DNA of 46,624 nt from Candidatus Portnoybacteria bacterium. GTDB taxonomy: Bacteria; Patescibacteriota; Minisyncoccia; Portnoybacterales; GWB1-42-6. Location: the NCBI GenBank assembly GCA_016208745.1, contig JACQXN010000005.1, positions 1 to 46,624 of the forward strand. Reading direction: 5' to 3'. The stretch's first letter is position 1; each line of letters starts with the position of its first letter. Shown piece by piece: positions 16,876-26,955 of this stretch. The position numbers and the translations under genes are program-made. The notes under the pieces were generated by a model that worked only from the letters and a program-made list of their open reading frames with translations, did no database searches and had not been told where the DNA came from.

Positions 16876-17553
16876 CTATTTTTCTCCGGACTCTTTTTCT
16901 GCCGAAGCCTCAGCTTCCTTGGCTGCCGCTTCCTCTTCGCCAACAACCTTAACTTCCTCAATCTTCTCTTCAATCTTTTCTTCCAAAGTGGCTAACTCTT
17001 CTTCCGAGCGTGGCGGCACAACAGAAGCCACAATTTCATCTGGCTCAGCCAAAATTTCAACGCCAGACGGGACTAAAAGATTTTTAATTAAAATGTGGTC
17101 TTCAAAAGTCTTTAGCGCCGAGATATCAACATCTAAATGATGAGGTAAATTTCCGGGCAGAGCCTTAACTTCTATCTCTTGGATATTTTTAACCAAAACC
17201 CCGCCCTCTGATTTAACTGCCGCTGATTCACCGGAAAAAACCAAAGCCACCTTGGCTTCAATTTTTTCATCCATTCTTACCTGATAAAAATCGATGTGTA
17301 AAATCCGTTCGCTTAACGGATCGCGGACAATATCATGAATTAAAACATTGGTTTTTTTGCCATCAATCTCAAGAGCCACCAATGATGATTCTCCGGCTTG
17401 ACGATATAGTTTATCGAAATCTTTCTCGGACACAGAAACAGGCTGCGATTTTATTCCCCGGCCATACAAAATAGCCGGTATCTTATCGGCTTTTCTTAAT
17501 TTATTAACCTTTCTGCCAACTTCTTGTCTTGATTGCGCTTTTAGAGATAGCAT
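16876..17553 (-). CDS. rplY: 50S ribosomal protein L25/CTC
   Basis: LRKADKIPAILYG, ILHIDFYQV, AVKSEGG.L, LPGNLP. Confidence 0.96.
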   Translation of the reverse strand: MLSLKAQSRQEVGRKVNKLRKADKIPAILYGRGIKSQPVSVSEKDFDKLYRQAGESSLVALEIDGKKTNVLIHDIVRDPLSERILHIDFYQVRMDEKIEAKVALVFSGESAAVKSEGGVLVKNIQEIEVKALPGNLPHHLDVDISALKTFEDHILIKNLLVPSGVEILAEPDEIVASVVPPRSEEELATLEEKIEEKIEEVKVVGEEEAAAKEAEASAEKESGEK

Positions 17554-17688
17554 ATAAATCTTTGAGCTTAATCAATTTAACACAAGCATCTTATCATAAG
17601 TTTACAAAAAAAACAAGCACTTAGACGTAAAAAGTGTCAGGCAACTTTATACAAGGCGCCCGACACTTTTTCTAACATAAAAAGGCCT

Positions 17689-17907
17689 TTACTGAATTTT
17701 TATCACCTGCACCGGGCAAATATCTGCCGCATCTTTGCAGCAACCCGGATCCAAAACCTCCAGCTCCTCTATACCTATTCTCTCTGTATTTTTAATTGCG
17801 TTTTTTAAATGAGATAACCCGTCTTCTGCCATCTCAAAAAAAGCCGGGCAAATCGCGGCGCAACTTCCGCAACCAATGCATTGAGAACGCTCTAATATAA
17901 TTCGCAT
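17689..17907 (-). CDS. Ferredoxin (single [4Fe-4S] cluster)
   Basis: CIGCGSCAAICP...CPVQVI. Confidence 0.93.
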   Translation of the reverse strand: MRIILERSQCIGCGSCAAICPAFFEMAEDGLSHLKNAIKNTERIGIEELEVLDPGCCKDAADICPVQVIKIQ

Positions 17908-17913
17908 ATCCTA

Positions 17914-17996
17914 AGCGACCCCGACACCCTGATTACACCCGGATTATCCAGATAAATTAATCCGGGTCATCCGGGTGTATCCGGATATCGGTGTCG
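17914..17996. repeat. Inverted-repeat element built from ATCCGG-type short units
   Basis: gcgaccccgacaccctgattacacccggat...atccgggtgtatccggatatcggtgtcgc. Confidence 0.7.
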
Positions 17997-18962
17997 CTAT
18001 ATCTTTACTGGCGTTTCTGGCTCCCCGCCTTTTAAAACCGCAATTATATTTCTAGCGGCCAGCTCCGACATCGCGCCTCTTGTTTCTTCTGTGGCGGAAG
18101 CGGTATGAGGCGTTAAAACCGTGTTCTGAAGGCCAGCTAAACCTTCGGCCATCTTTGGCTCCTGCTCATAAACATCCAAAGCCGCGCCCCTAATATCGCC
18201 AGCTTTTAGTGCTGCGACAAGGGCATTCTCATCAATAATTGGCCCGCGCGCCGTATTTATAAGATAGGCTGTTTTTTTCATCATTTTAAACTGCGGACCC
18301 CCTATTAAATGTTTGGTTTCCGGCGTCATAGGCACGTGTACTGAAATAAAATCAGAATCTTTTAATAGACTTTCTAAATCCCGGTATTCTAATTTGTATT
18401 TCCCCTCCGCTTCCTCATTTCGCTTGACGTCGTAATAAAGAATCTTCATTTCAAAACCATCAAACATTCTTTTCGCCACCGCCTCGCCAATGCGGCCAAG
18501 ACCAACTAGCCCCAAAGTTTTGCCAACCAAATCATTGCCCAAAAATAGCATCGGCGCCCAGCCAGTATACTTTCCGTCGCGCATATATTGATCTGACTCA
18601 ACTATCCGATGAGCGAGAGCAAAAATTAAAGCGATTGCATGTTCAGCAACTGATTCTGTCAAAACTCCGGGAGTATTAGTAATAATAAGATTATGCGCCG
18701 CCGCATCCTGCAAATTTATATTATCATAGCCGACCGCATAATTGGCAATGATTTTTAACTGCGAACCGGCTGCCTGCATTAATTCCGCGTCCATTTTATC
18801 GGTCAGAAGCGACAAAATCGCGTCAACGCCTTTAACTTTTTCTAGGAGTTGCTGGCGCGGCAAGACGCCGTCAAAATCCGAAACTTCAACCTCAAACCCC
18901 TCCTTCTTTAATAACTCAATCCCAGATTCTGGGATTTTTCTTGTGACAAAAACTTTTGGCAT
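17997..18962 (-). CDS. D-2-hydroxyacid dehydrogenase (glyoxylate reductase/D-glycerate dehydrogenase)
   Basis: NYAVGYDNI, NTPGVLT, GLGRIG, LINTARG, LDVYEQEP, TPHTASAT. Confidence 0.93.
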   Translation of the reverse strand: MPKVFVTRKIPESGIELLKKEGFEVEVSDFDGVLPRQQLLEKVKGVDAILSLLTDKMDAELMQAAGSQLKIIANYAVGYDNINLQDAAAHNLIITNTPGVLTESVAEHAIALIFALAHRIVESDQYMRDGKYTGWAPMLFLGNDLVGKTLGLVGLGRIGEAVAKRMFDGFEMKILYYDVKRNEEAEGKYKLEYRDLESLLKDSDFISVHVPMTPETKHLIGGPQFKMMKKTAYLINTARGPIIDENALVAALKAGDIRGAALDVYEQEPKMAEGLAGLQNTVLTPHTASATEETRGAMSELAARNIIAVLKGGEPETPVKI

Positions 18963-18986
18963 GATTTTATTTTTTATTATTAATTA

Positions 18987-20657
18987 TTATCTAAGAGAGA
19001 AACAATTGTCTTTATTGGGCAAAGTTTTAGTTTCTACAAAGCCTTTTTCATTAACTAAAGCAAAAGTGGCCTGGCTTGTAGTTTTAAGTTTTGTCCAGAC
19101 GCAATAACCGCCCCCATTTCTGCTTGAATCGGTCCAATAATAGGCGTATTCGGCATCAGTCTCGTTAGACAAAGGAATCAAAAGATTATATGGTGCCAGA
19201 ATTTCTGAATTAGGCGGTATTGGAACTGGATTATTTGGCAAGTCTGGATATCTAGTATTCTCATCATAATACATCTCCATCACTAAAACCATCTGATTTA
19301 TGGTCGCTTTTCTTTGCGCATCCTCTGCTTTGGCTCGCGGCACCTCAATAACTGATTCTAAAAATTCACTTAATGGCTTGGAGTCTGCTGGCTTTTCCAA
19401 TTCCATCGACTCATTAAAATTAGATAAAGACAAGCTTATTGCAGAAAATTCTTTAATTTTGGACTCTGCGACAACCGGCTCTTCCTTTTTAAGAACAATT
19501 TTATGGATCATCCTGTCTGATTTTCCTACCCAAATTTCTCCGCTAATTTTAGCAAGCTCATCGGCAAATTCCCTAAATACTTCTTCGTTTTCAAAATAAT
19601 CTTTTTCCGTTTTTAGAATCTCCGCGACTCGAGATAAAAAGTTTCTGATTTCAGACGCATTAAGAGTCACAAGGTAATGAAAAGATTTTATTTTATTGTC
19701 GTCTTCCAAAAGAATGTCATTTTCTTTTTCCTCTTTTATATTGAAAAGGTTGGTTTGCTTAATCAAGTCGCGAAGCTGCTCCTCTTCTGCTTGGCTTAAA
19801 GCATTATCAATGCTGCGCAGACCGAGCTCTTCTCTCTGTTGTTCATAGTCATCAAGAGCGCTCTCCATGCCTAAATCCTTTAATGACTTCTCCAAATCCT
19901 CCTTGGTTACCCTTATCCATTTATTATCAAACGTTGAATCTCCGGCAAACGGAATAGGAAAATTTTCTAATTTAAAATAGGTTTCCTTGTCAATATGCTT
20001 GAGTTGGCCAGAAAAAGAAAAGTTAATCGGTGATCCAAGCGTATTGAGCTCAAAATTAATATCAATTTTTGGTTGTTTGATATCTTTAAAATCAAAAAAA
20101 CCAGCTGATTCAATGGTTAGCTCTGTTTCGGAGTCCTGCGCGTTTAGAGTGATTGAAGAATTATCTGCTATCGCTGAAAAAATAGCCCCAAAAATATTAT
20201 TTTCGAAAACAGAGGATATTTTCTTTGTGCCTATCTCAAATAAAAAATCATATCTAAAACTTCTTAAATCCTTCCCCATTTTTCCAATCGCCTGCTTAAC
20301 TACCCTCTCTGGCGATGGAGATAAAAACTGGCTATAAGCAAAAAAGGCTAAACCAATAATCCCAAAGAGACAAATAAGCCCGAGCGCCACCGGTTTCATT
20401 TTGGAAGACAGCGGAGATCCAATACTTTCCTCTTTAATTGCTGGTGATTCAGAAATTTCTGATCCGAAGGAAGGGTAAATTATCTTTACTTCCTGAGGTT
20501 GCGCCTGTTGTTGGCTAGGAGGAAACAAAGAATCTAATGCTTCTTGCACCTGACCTTCGCTCCAGCCCACCTGCAAAAGATCTTCGCGGGTTTTTTCTTT
20601 AGAAAATCCGCTGGCCAAAGATTGTTTAATATAATCTGCTAATTTTTGATCAATCAT
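18987..20657 (-). CDS. Membrane-anchored surface protein with C-terminal pilin-like domain
   Basis: N-terminal L.DYIKQ...G.S...L...GW domain, TM helix, beta-rich middle, RAKAEDAQRKATINQM...EMYYDENTRYP and a Cys pair. Confidence 0.7.
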   Translation of the reverse strand: MIDQKLADYIKQSLASGFSKEKTREDLLQVGWSEGQVQEALDSLFPPSQQQAQPQEVKIIYPSFGSEISESPAIKEESIGSPLSSKMKPVALGLICLFGIIGLAFFAYSQFLSPSPERVVKQAIGKMGKDLRSFRYDFLFEIGTKKISSVFENNIFGAIFSAIADNSSITLNAQDSETELTIESAGFFDFKDIKQPKIDINFELNTLGSPINFSFSGQLKHIDKETYFKLENFPIPFAGDSTFDNKWIRVTKEDLEKSLKDLGMESALDDYEQQREELGLRSIDNALSQAEEEQLRDLIKQTNLFNIKEEKENDILLEDDNKIKSFHYLVTLNASEIRNFLSRVAEILKTEKDYFENEEVFREFADELAKISGEIWVGKSDRMIHKIVLKKEEPVVAESKIKEFSAISLSLSNFNESMELEKPADSKPLSEFLESVIEVPRAKAEDAQRKATINQMVLVMEMYYDENTRYPDLPNNPVPIPPNSEILAPYNLLIPLSNETDAEYAYYWTDSSRNGGGYCVWTKLKTTSQATFALVNEKGFVETKTLPNKDNCFSLR

Positions 20658-21532
20658 AATTTAATTTTATCTTGTGAACCAAATAATTTTATTTTTTCTT
20701 CCACGACCTCTCTTAGTGCTTCAAGAATCGGCTCCAAAATTTTATAAGGCGTGGTCTCTTCGGGGTTATCCTCTAATTGCTCGCTTAATCTTTCTTTATA
20801 AACAACGCGTAAATCAGTATTAACATTCACCTTCACAATGCCAAGCCTAATTGCCTCCTTAACGTCTTCTTCGGGAATGCCCGAACCCCCGTGTAAAACT
20901 AGAAATGCTTTGCCTTCCAGCTCATTTCTAATGTCGGTCAAACGCTCCAAATTTAATTTTTCCCCGCCTTTTGAAAAAATACCATGCGCATTGCCAATGA
21001 CAACCGCTAGAGAATCAACGCCTGTTTTTTCAATAAAATCCCTTGCCTGATCTGGACTAGTTAAGTCTTCCTCTTTTATTTTAAGCTCCTCTTTATGCAA
21101 GGAAGAGCTGCCACGCAAATACCCAAGCTCGCCCTCAACTATTATCTGGCGGTCAAAAGTTTTTTCTACTTGGCGGATATAATCAACTACTAATTTTGTT
21201 TTGGCTACATTTTGCTCATAGCTTAATTCTGAGCCATCAAAATGAATCGCGTCATAGCCAGCGGCCAATGCCTTTTTTATTTTTTCAAGCGATTTCCCAT
21301 GGTCTAAATTTAAAATTATCGGCAATTTTGTCCCAATGCGCCAAGCCTCAACCAAAGCCACTGCTTCTGGCATGCCGACAAATTCCGCCTCGCCTTCAGA
21401 AGTTGAAACAATAATTGGCGCGTTTAGGTTTTTGGCAGCCAAAACTATCGCCTTTAATGTCTCGGCGGTTGAAAAATTGAAAGATCCTACCGCGTATTTA
21501 CCCAATTGTGCCTGTTTTAAAATCTCCTTCAT
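20654..21532 (-). CDS. fba: Fructose-bisphosphate aldolase class II
   Basis: YAVGSFN, LDHG, FDGS, VEGELG, GNAHG, LVLHGGSG, KVNVNT. Confidence 0.95.
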   Translation of the reverse strand: MKEILKQAQLGKYAVGSFNFSTAETLKAIVLAAKNLNAPIIVSTSEGEAEFVGMPEAVALVEAWRIGTKLPIILNLDHGKSLEKIKKALAAGYDAIHFDGSELSYEQNVAKTKLVVDYIRQVEKTFDRQIIVEGELGYLRGSSSLHKEELKIKEEDLTSPDQARDFIEKTGVDSLAVVIGNAHGIFSKGGEKLNLERLTDIRNELEGKAFLVLHGGSGIPEEDVKEAIRLGIVKVNVNTDLRVVYKERLSEQLEDNPEETTPYKILEPILEALREVVEEKIKLFGSQDKIKL

Positions 21533-21572
21533 AGCCTTGCTACGGAATACGGATTTATTACGGATATACGGA

Positions 21573-21964
21573 TTAATTTATATTAACGACTCTTTTAAAT
21601 TTTACGCCGCTCTTTGTAAAATGGGCAATAATTCCAAGTTTTAGATTTTTGGCTTTTAAGTAAGAATACAGCTGGTCTATGTCCTTTTTAGAAAAAAATT
21701 ACGGATTTTTATTTCTAAAATAATCTTGTCTTCTATTAAGAAATCGAAATAATATATACCGATATTTTTTCCTTTATAGGATATTTTTGCCGGCAATTGC
21801 TCTTTAAAAATGAATCCTATCTATTCTAGCTCTCGCGACACGCCTTTCTGATAAAAACTCTCTTTGTGCCCTGATCCAATATTATTAAAAACACTAAATA
21901 GCGCGCCGATAATTTTATGGGTCAAGTCTGAATAGATTAGGGGTTTTCTCAAATTAGTCGGCAT
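21573..21964 (-). pseudogene. GxxExxY-family (PD-(D/E)XK-like) protein pseudogene
   Basis: Not in the ORF track. Reads MPTNLRKPLIYSDLTHKIIGALFSVFNNIGSGHKESFYQKG..EL(TAG)...YFDFLIEDKIILEIK, then a frameshift in a T-run, then QLYSYLKAKNLKLGIIAHF...KRVVN. Confidence 0.9.
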
Positions 21965-22000
21965 TTTATCCGTATATCCGTATTTATCAGTATTCCGTAG

Positions 22001-23251
22001 CTATTTTAACTCAATATAACCACGTTCCATATTTTCCACCACCATTTCTTCCAACTTTTCTTCTCCCATATATTCAATAAAAATTTTATTCCAAAGAGCC
22101 TCTTGTTGATGATAAAGATATTTGCCCAACCCCCCATGGGTTAAAGAAATAACATTATCTACCAAATCAAAACTAACTATCTCTTCCCCTTTTTTCCCGG
22201 CTGGGAATATTTCGCCGGCAAAATCGTCTATATCGCGCCAAAAATCAAATTTTATCTGCGGATTCTTTTGCCCCATTGCGTCCATTTCTTTTTCAGCCTT
22301 TAACCAATGAATGGTTTCGGGATTAACGTGGGGCTTAAAAAGTCGGGGGTCATTGGGATCTATTTTAGCTAAATAACGGACGATTATTCGCCACAATGTC
22401 CCGCCATTATCAGGCATAGATTCAACAATAGAACCCGACAAAAGACTAACTAGACGCTGGCCAAAATTTGGCTCGCTTGAATATTTCAAAAATAGCTTTG
22501 AATAAAAATCAATTTCGTGAAGATAATGTAAAACGAGACTAAAGGTTTCCAGAGATTGACCAACCAGTTGCTCTTTTTTAATTGGTAGGATAAATACAAA
22601 ACCTAGCTCTTTTAGATGGCTGATGTTATGGAGTTTTTTGCCAACAAATTTTTCCCCAATTTCAGTCCATTTTTCGGACAATACCCTAACTTCAATTTCT
22701 CTTTCTTCAAAACTATCAACGGTTAAATCGTTATACGGTCGGAAAAAAGTCTCATTCAACCAACGCTCATTTTCTACGAATCTTAAAGCAGCGAAAATCT
22801 CAAAAAGATCTTCTTTTTCCAGCAATTCCTTAATCTCTGAATGCCCCAGAGCCTTTAAAATATTGCGAGGCGGATTCAAAAAAAGAAAATCCCGCATCTT
22901 TTCTTTTTTAAGAAAAAAGCCTTTTTTTATGTTAGCTGTAGTCTTTAAAATATCTATCATTTTTTGGCAGCAGACGTTCTTGCTAAAATCGGGCCGGCCC
23001 AAAAATTCAAAAAGGGCATCGTCAGCTTCTTTGGTTTTTTTTAAAATTTCTCGCTGGACATATTGAGCATCTGCCTTATCTTGAGCAATGCCCAAATCAG
23101 CTAGCTTTTGCCGGACAATCCGTTCGTTTTCCTCAAAGATTTTTTCCGGAATGCCCTTTTTACCGGTTATTTTTTCCATTTTATCAAATAGATCGACCAA
23201 AACATTTTCTGGCGTTCTAAGAAGTCTGGCTATGTGTTGAATCTCGTTCAT
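22001..23251 (-). CDS. Conserved hypothetical protein in sugar-phosphate operon
   Basis: 416-aa ORF between pfkB and fba; His/Glu-rich motifs HNISHLKELG, HYLHE, PHVNPETIHW. Confidence 0.85.
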   Translation of the reverse strand: MNEIQHIARLLRTPENVLVDLFDKMEKITGKKGIPEKIFEENERIVRQKLADLGIAQDKADAQYVQREILKKTKEADDALFEFLGRPDFSKNVCCQKMIDILKTTANIKKGFFLKKEKMRDFLFLNPPRNILKALGHSEIKELLEKEDLFEIFAALRFVENERWLNETFFRPYNDLTVDSFEEREIEVRVLSEKWTEIGEKFVGKKLHNISHLKELGFVFILPIKKEQLVGQSLETFSLVLHYLHEIDFYSKLFLKYSSEPNFGQRLVSLLSGSIVESMPDNGGTLWRIIVRYLAKIDPNDPRLFKPHVNPETIHWLKAEKEMDAMGQKNPQIKFDFWRDIDDFAGEIFPAGKKGEEIVSFDLVDNVISLTHGGLGKYLYHQQEALWNKIFIEYMGEEKLEEMVVENMERGYIELK

Positions 23252-23262
23252 AAGAATTTATT

Positions 23263-23410
23263 CTTGCATGGCAAAAATTTTGTGATAAAATCGTGGCGAG
23301 ATGAGCGTAAAAATCGCGTGTATCGCACTCCGAAGGCGGGGCGGGCATAGCGATTTTATCCGCCTTGGGCGGAGAGCCTGATTTTATCAAAATTTTATGC
23401 CCAAAGTAAC
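23263..23410 (+). repeat. Long covarying hairpin family, copy 2 of 5 (3' hairpin partly deleted)
   Basis: Near-identical to 24461-24636. Confidence 0.85.
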
Positions 23411-23418
23411 GAGAAAAG

Positions 23419-24426
23419 TTATATTTTAAAACTCTTAACCTCAATCTTTTTCCATTCCCCCCATTCCCCTTTTTTTAATAAACCATTTTTAGCTCCAAAA
23501 TGCTGGACAGTTGAAGTCGCATTAGCTGTTCCAAGCTGAATTGCGTGCTCAATGATAGAAGGCTGAATTTTTGTCTGCGAAGATTTCTGGATAAAACCAG
23601 CGACAAACCCTGAACCAAAAGCATCGCCAGCGCCTGTCCGGTCTAAAATTTCAGATTCCGGGATCCCAGCCCGATAAATGTTTCGGCCGTCAGAAACTTT
23701 AACGCCGTCTGGACCTTTAGTCATAACCGCAATTCCCCTCACCCAAACATCTAGCCGCTTAAAAATTTCTCTCTCTTCGTTATATGGCAAACAGGTTAAT
23801 TTTGCCGCCTCTTCTCTGTTTAAAATAAAAATGTCAATTTTATTTAATAGCGGCTCAAGTTTATTAATGCTTAATTTTAGTTGATCTGCGCCGGGATTAA
23901 CCGCGATTTTTATCCCTTCTTTATGGGCAAAATTAATCAGCGGTTCAAATAATTCTGCTGATTTTCCCGAAAGACCGGAGATATAGAACCATTCGCTTTT
24001 CAGCTCTTTCCAAGAAACATCACTTTTTGCAAGCTCATGACAGGCGCCTTCATAAACCAGAATGCTTCGCTCGCCAGAAGGAACTGACAAAACAACAGAA
24101 TAAGCTGTTTTATTTTTTTTATCTTTAACAATAAAACCGGTATTTATATTAAGTTTTTTTAACTCGCTAAGAATTGTCTCTCCGCCCGCATCCCCGCCAA
24201 CTTTTCCAACATAAGCGGTTTTTAATCCCTGCAGAGCAAAGGTCGCGGCCGTATTCGTCCCTCCGCCGCCTGTGGCAAAAATCACGTCTTCAACATATAT
24301 TTTTGCGCCCTGCGGCACGCATAATCCCTTGCCAGTCGCAAAAACATCGTCTTTTAAACGCTGAAAATTCTTGCTGACAACAAACATATCGCGAGTGGCA
24401 GAGCCGAAAGTAATGATATCAAACAT
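23419..24426 (-). CDS. PfkB-family carbohydrate kinase
   Basis: GGGGTNTA, DRTGAGDAFGSGF. Confidence 0.95.
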   Translation of the reverse strand: MFDIITFGSATRDMFVVSKNFQRLKDDVFATGKGLCVPQGAKIYVEDVIFATGGGGTNTAATFALQGLKTAYVGKVGGDAGGETILSELKKLNINTGFIVKDKKNKTAYSVVLSVPSGERSILVYEGACHELAKSDVSWKELKSEWFYISGLSGKSAELFEPLINFAHKEGIKIAVNPGADQLKLSINKLEPLLNKIDIFILNREEAAKLTCLPYNEEREIFKRLDVWVRGIAVMTKGPDGVKVSDGRNIYRAGIPESEILDRTGAGDAFGSGFVAGFIQKSSQTKIQPSIIEHAIQLGTANATSTVQHFGAKNGLLKKGEWGEWKKIEVKSFKI

Positions 24427-24460
24427 AAATCAGAATTACGAATCAAGAATTACGAATAAC

Positions 24461-24636
24461 CTTGCATGGCAAAAATTTTGTTATAAAATCATGGCGAGAT
24501 GAGTGTAAAAATCGCGTGTATCGCACGCCGAAGGCGGGGCGGGCATAGCGATTTTAGCGAAACGAGCCTGATTTTATCAAAATTTTATGCCCTGCAAGTA
24601 ATCTTTTGGTTACTTTTCTGTTAGCAGAAAAGTAAC
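24461..24636 (+). repeat. Long covarying hairpin family, copy 3 of 5
   Basis: cttgca...tgcaag closing stem; ttttggttacttttctgttagcagaaaagtaac tail. Confidence 0.85.
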
Positions 24637-24644
24637 AAGAAAAA

Positions 24645-26894
24645 CTATATCGCCTTCATTATCTTCTCCTTTAACCCCTTCACATCAAATTCCGCTAATT
24701 GATAAACTTCATTCACCGGGCCGGATTTTAAGAAATGATCCACACCGATAACTTGATTTAGGTAATTGGGCGGCAATAAGAATCTGTATAAAAATCCGGG
24801 CCAGCCATTGTGCAAGGTGATAACATGCGGCCGCTCATCGTCGGACAAAATTAGATTAGCTTTCTGCGGATCGTTTTTCTTTAATTCTTCAAATAATTCC
24901 GGCGAGGTAACCGCAATAATTTTTATATCAAAATCATTTTCAAGTTCAGGCAGAATTTCCAAAACATTAGCCAAAACCTGCCCGCCGCAAATTGCCAAAA
25001 CGACTTTCTTCTTATCATTCTCCGAAAATGGTTTAAAAACATAAGCGCCATTTGTCGCTTCGCTAGCCTGCGGCACAACCCAGCCTGGGCGAATTTCCCC
25101 GCGTTTAAGCACGGGGGTCCCGGGCCTCATCACAGACAAAGCAATCGGCTCGCCTTGTTTAAGCGCGTAAAAAAGCATCTCAATTGTTTCATTGGCATCC
25201 ATGGGTTTATAAACCTTTATCCCCGGATAAGCGTCAAACAAAGACATCCAATACATGCCATGGTGCGTTGGCCCGTCTTCGGCTGTTTCCATTCCGTCGT
25301 GCGCGGCCAAAACTATAAAAAATCCCTTGGAGGCTTCATCCATTGCGTTATTTATCAAAGCCATACGGACAGGGTTGCTCATAATGGTTGTGAAAACGCC
25401 GTAAGAAGCAAAAACGCTCATTGGCCGGAAGCCCCCCGGCAAAGAATCAAGAGTCAGCGCCGTTGACATCATAGCCATGTTGGCTTCGGCAATACCAAAA
25501 CGGATGCCCCGACCAAGCGGATTTTGACCATTGATAATGCCATAAACATTTTCTGCTGCGCCGGTTAAAATTGATTTCATTAAATCCCCTGCGCCGATAT
25601 AGAAAAATCCGTTTTGCCCCATCAGCCATTTAAAAAATGCTTCGGTGGCTTTTCTGGTCGCGATTTTTTCGCCTTCCTTAAAGATGAGTTCTGGCGGCAA
25701 CTCTTCGGGCCGCTTAATGGATTTATAATCTGCCATTGGCCGTCCATTTAAGATTTTTTGCATTTGCGACGATAATTCGTTTTCTGGCTTTATTTTTGAT
25801 TTGCAAATTTCCAACCGGCTTAAAATATATTTGGCATCATCTTTATCTAGTTGCGAGATTACAACATCAATATCTTTTTGGATTTCTCCGTCAATTCCCG
25901 GAACATCAAAGCCAATATTTTTCATAATCTGAACGTATTCTTCGTGCGGCGCGGGTGTACCGTGAGAATCAGCTGTGCCTTCAAGCTTGCCATAATATTT
26001 ACCCTTGATAGCATGACAGATAACAACAGTTGGCCGACCATTGGCAAAACCCTCATATGCCTTTTGATAAGCATGGCATAATTCCAAAACATTGTGGCCA
26101 TTAGCCTCAATCACATTCCAGCCTAAACCCCACCAATGATTGATATAAGGCGAAGCAATAACTTCTGTTATTGGTCCATCAATACCAAAACCATTAAAAT
26201 CCAAGGTAACAATAACATTGTCCATACCCATTGAAACAATGGAATTCCTTGCTTCATAACTTATACCTTCTTCGGTTTCCGCATCGCCGGCAATAACAAA
26301 AACTTTTGCGCCAAGCCCGTTTGATTTTTGTAAAGTCGCCAAACCTAAAGCCGCGGAAAACCCGTGACCCGATGAGCCGGTTGAGACATCAGCCAAAGCA
26401 TAACGCGATTCAACGTGGCCTGATGGCCCGGAACAATGCCTGAAATATTTTAGGCAGCTTGGCAAAACTGCCCCTAATTTTTCTTTGTCAATTTCAACGC
26501 CTTGACGCTCTAATGATTCGTATATCAGAGCTAATGTTGCGTGAAAAAGCGGCGTGCAATGTCCGGCTGACCAAACGACTCTGTCTCTGCCCGGATGTTT
26601 TTCCTGCATTGGATCAAAAGCGATAATGCCTCCAAGAATCATTGCTAAAATTTGCTCAACTTTTGAAGATGAACCGCCCGGATGACCAGATTTTATTCCT
26701 TCAATAGCCGAAAAAGCCAACCCGCGAACAATCCGCGCCAGATTTTCTATCTTTTTTAAATCAACTCCGTCAATTGGCTCAAGCTCTAAATTTTTTAAAT
26801 TCAAATACGCTCCCCCTTCTGGGCTATATTTAAATCTCTGCGGTTCTTTTTCTTTTAAATCTTCTAATTCTTTTTGATTGAGAATGTTATACAT
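24645..26894 (-). CDS. tkt: Transketolase (single chain, divergent)
   Basis: SGHPGGS, RDRVVWSAGH, STGSSGHG, GDAETEEG (ThDP motif), FGIAEANM, EDGPTHH. Confidence 0.9.
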   Translation of the reverse strand: MYNILNQKELEDLKEKEPQRFKYSPEGGAYLNLKNLELEPIDGVDLKKIENLARIVRGLAFSAIEGIKSGHPGGSSSKVEQILAMILGGIIAFDPMQEKHPGRDRVVWSAGHCTPLFHATLALIYESLERQGVEIDKEKLGAVLPSCLKYFRHCSGPSGHVESRYALADVSTGSSGHGFSAALGLATLQKSNGLGAKVFVIAGDAETEEGISYEARNSIVSMGMDNVIVTLDFNGFGIDGPITEVIASPYINHWWGLGWNVIEANGHNVLELCHAYQKAYEGFANGRPTVVICHAIKGKYYGKLEGTADSHGTPAPHEEYVQIMKNIGFDVPGIDGEIQKDIDVVISQLDKDDAKYILSRLEICKSKIKPENELSSQMQKILNGRPMADYKSIKRPEELPPELIFKEGEKIATRKATEAFFKWLMGQNGFFYIGAGDLMKSILTGAAENVYGIINGQNPLGRGIRFGIAEANMAMMSTALTLDSLPGGFRPMSVFASYGVFTTIMSNPVRMALINNAMDEASKGFFIVLAAHDGMETAEDGPTHHGMYWMSLFDAYPGIKVYKPMDANETIEMLFYALKQGEPIALSVMRPGTPVLKRGEIRPGWVVPQASEATNGAYVFKPFSENDKKKVVLAICGGQVLANVLEILPELENDFDIKIIAVTSPELFEELKKNDPQKANLILSDDERPHVITLHNGWPGFLYRFLLPPNYLNQVIGVDHFLKSGPVNEVYQLAEFDVKGLKEKIMKAI

Positions 26895-26955
26895 AATATT
26901 TTTGCCTCCTTTATAATATTGCTTTTTCGTTTATACTAGAAAATGATCTTATTTT

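Noticed and set aside
21820-21823. TAG in the GxxExxY gene as stop-codon reassignment
   Set aside because: The same gene also has a frameshift, and TAG ends many intact genes in this window.
23217-23444. Short ORFs over long hairpin repeats (also 36985-37209 and 42592-42813)
   Set aside because: Incidental open frames in repeat DNA, not conserved in frame between copies.
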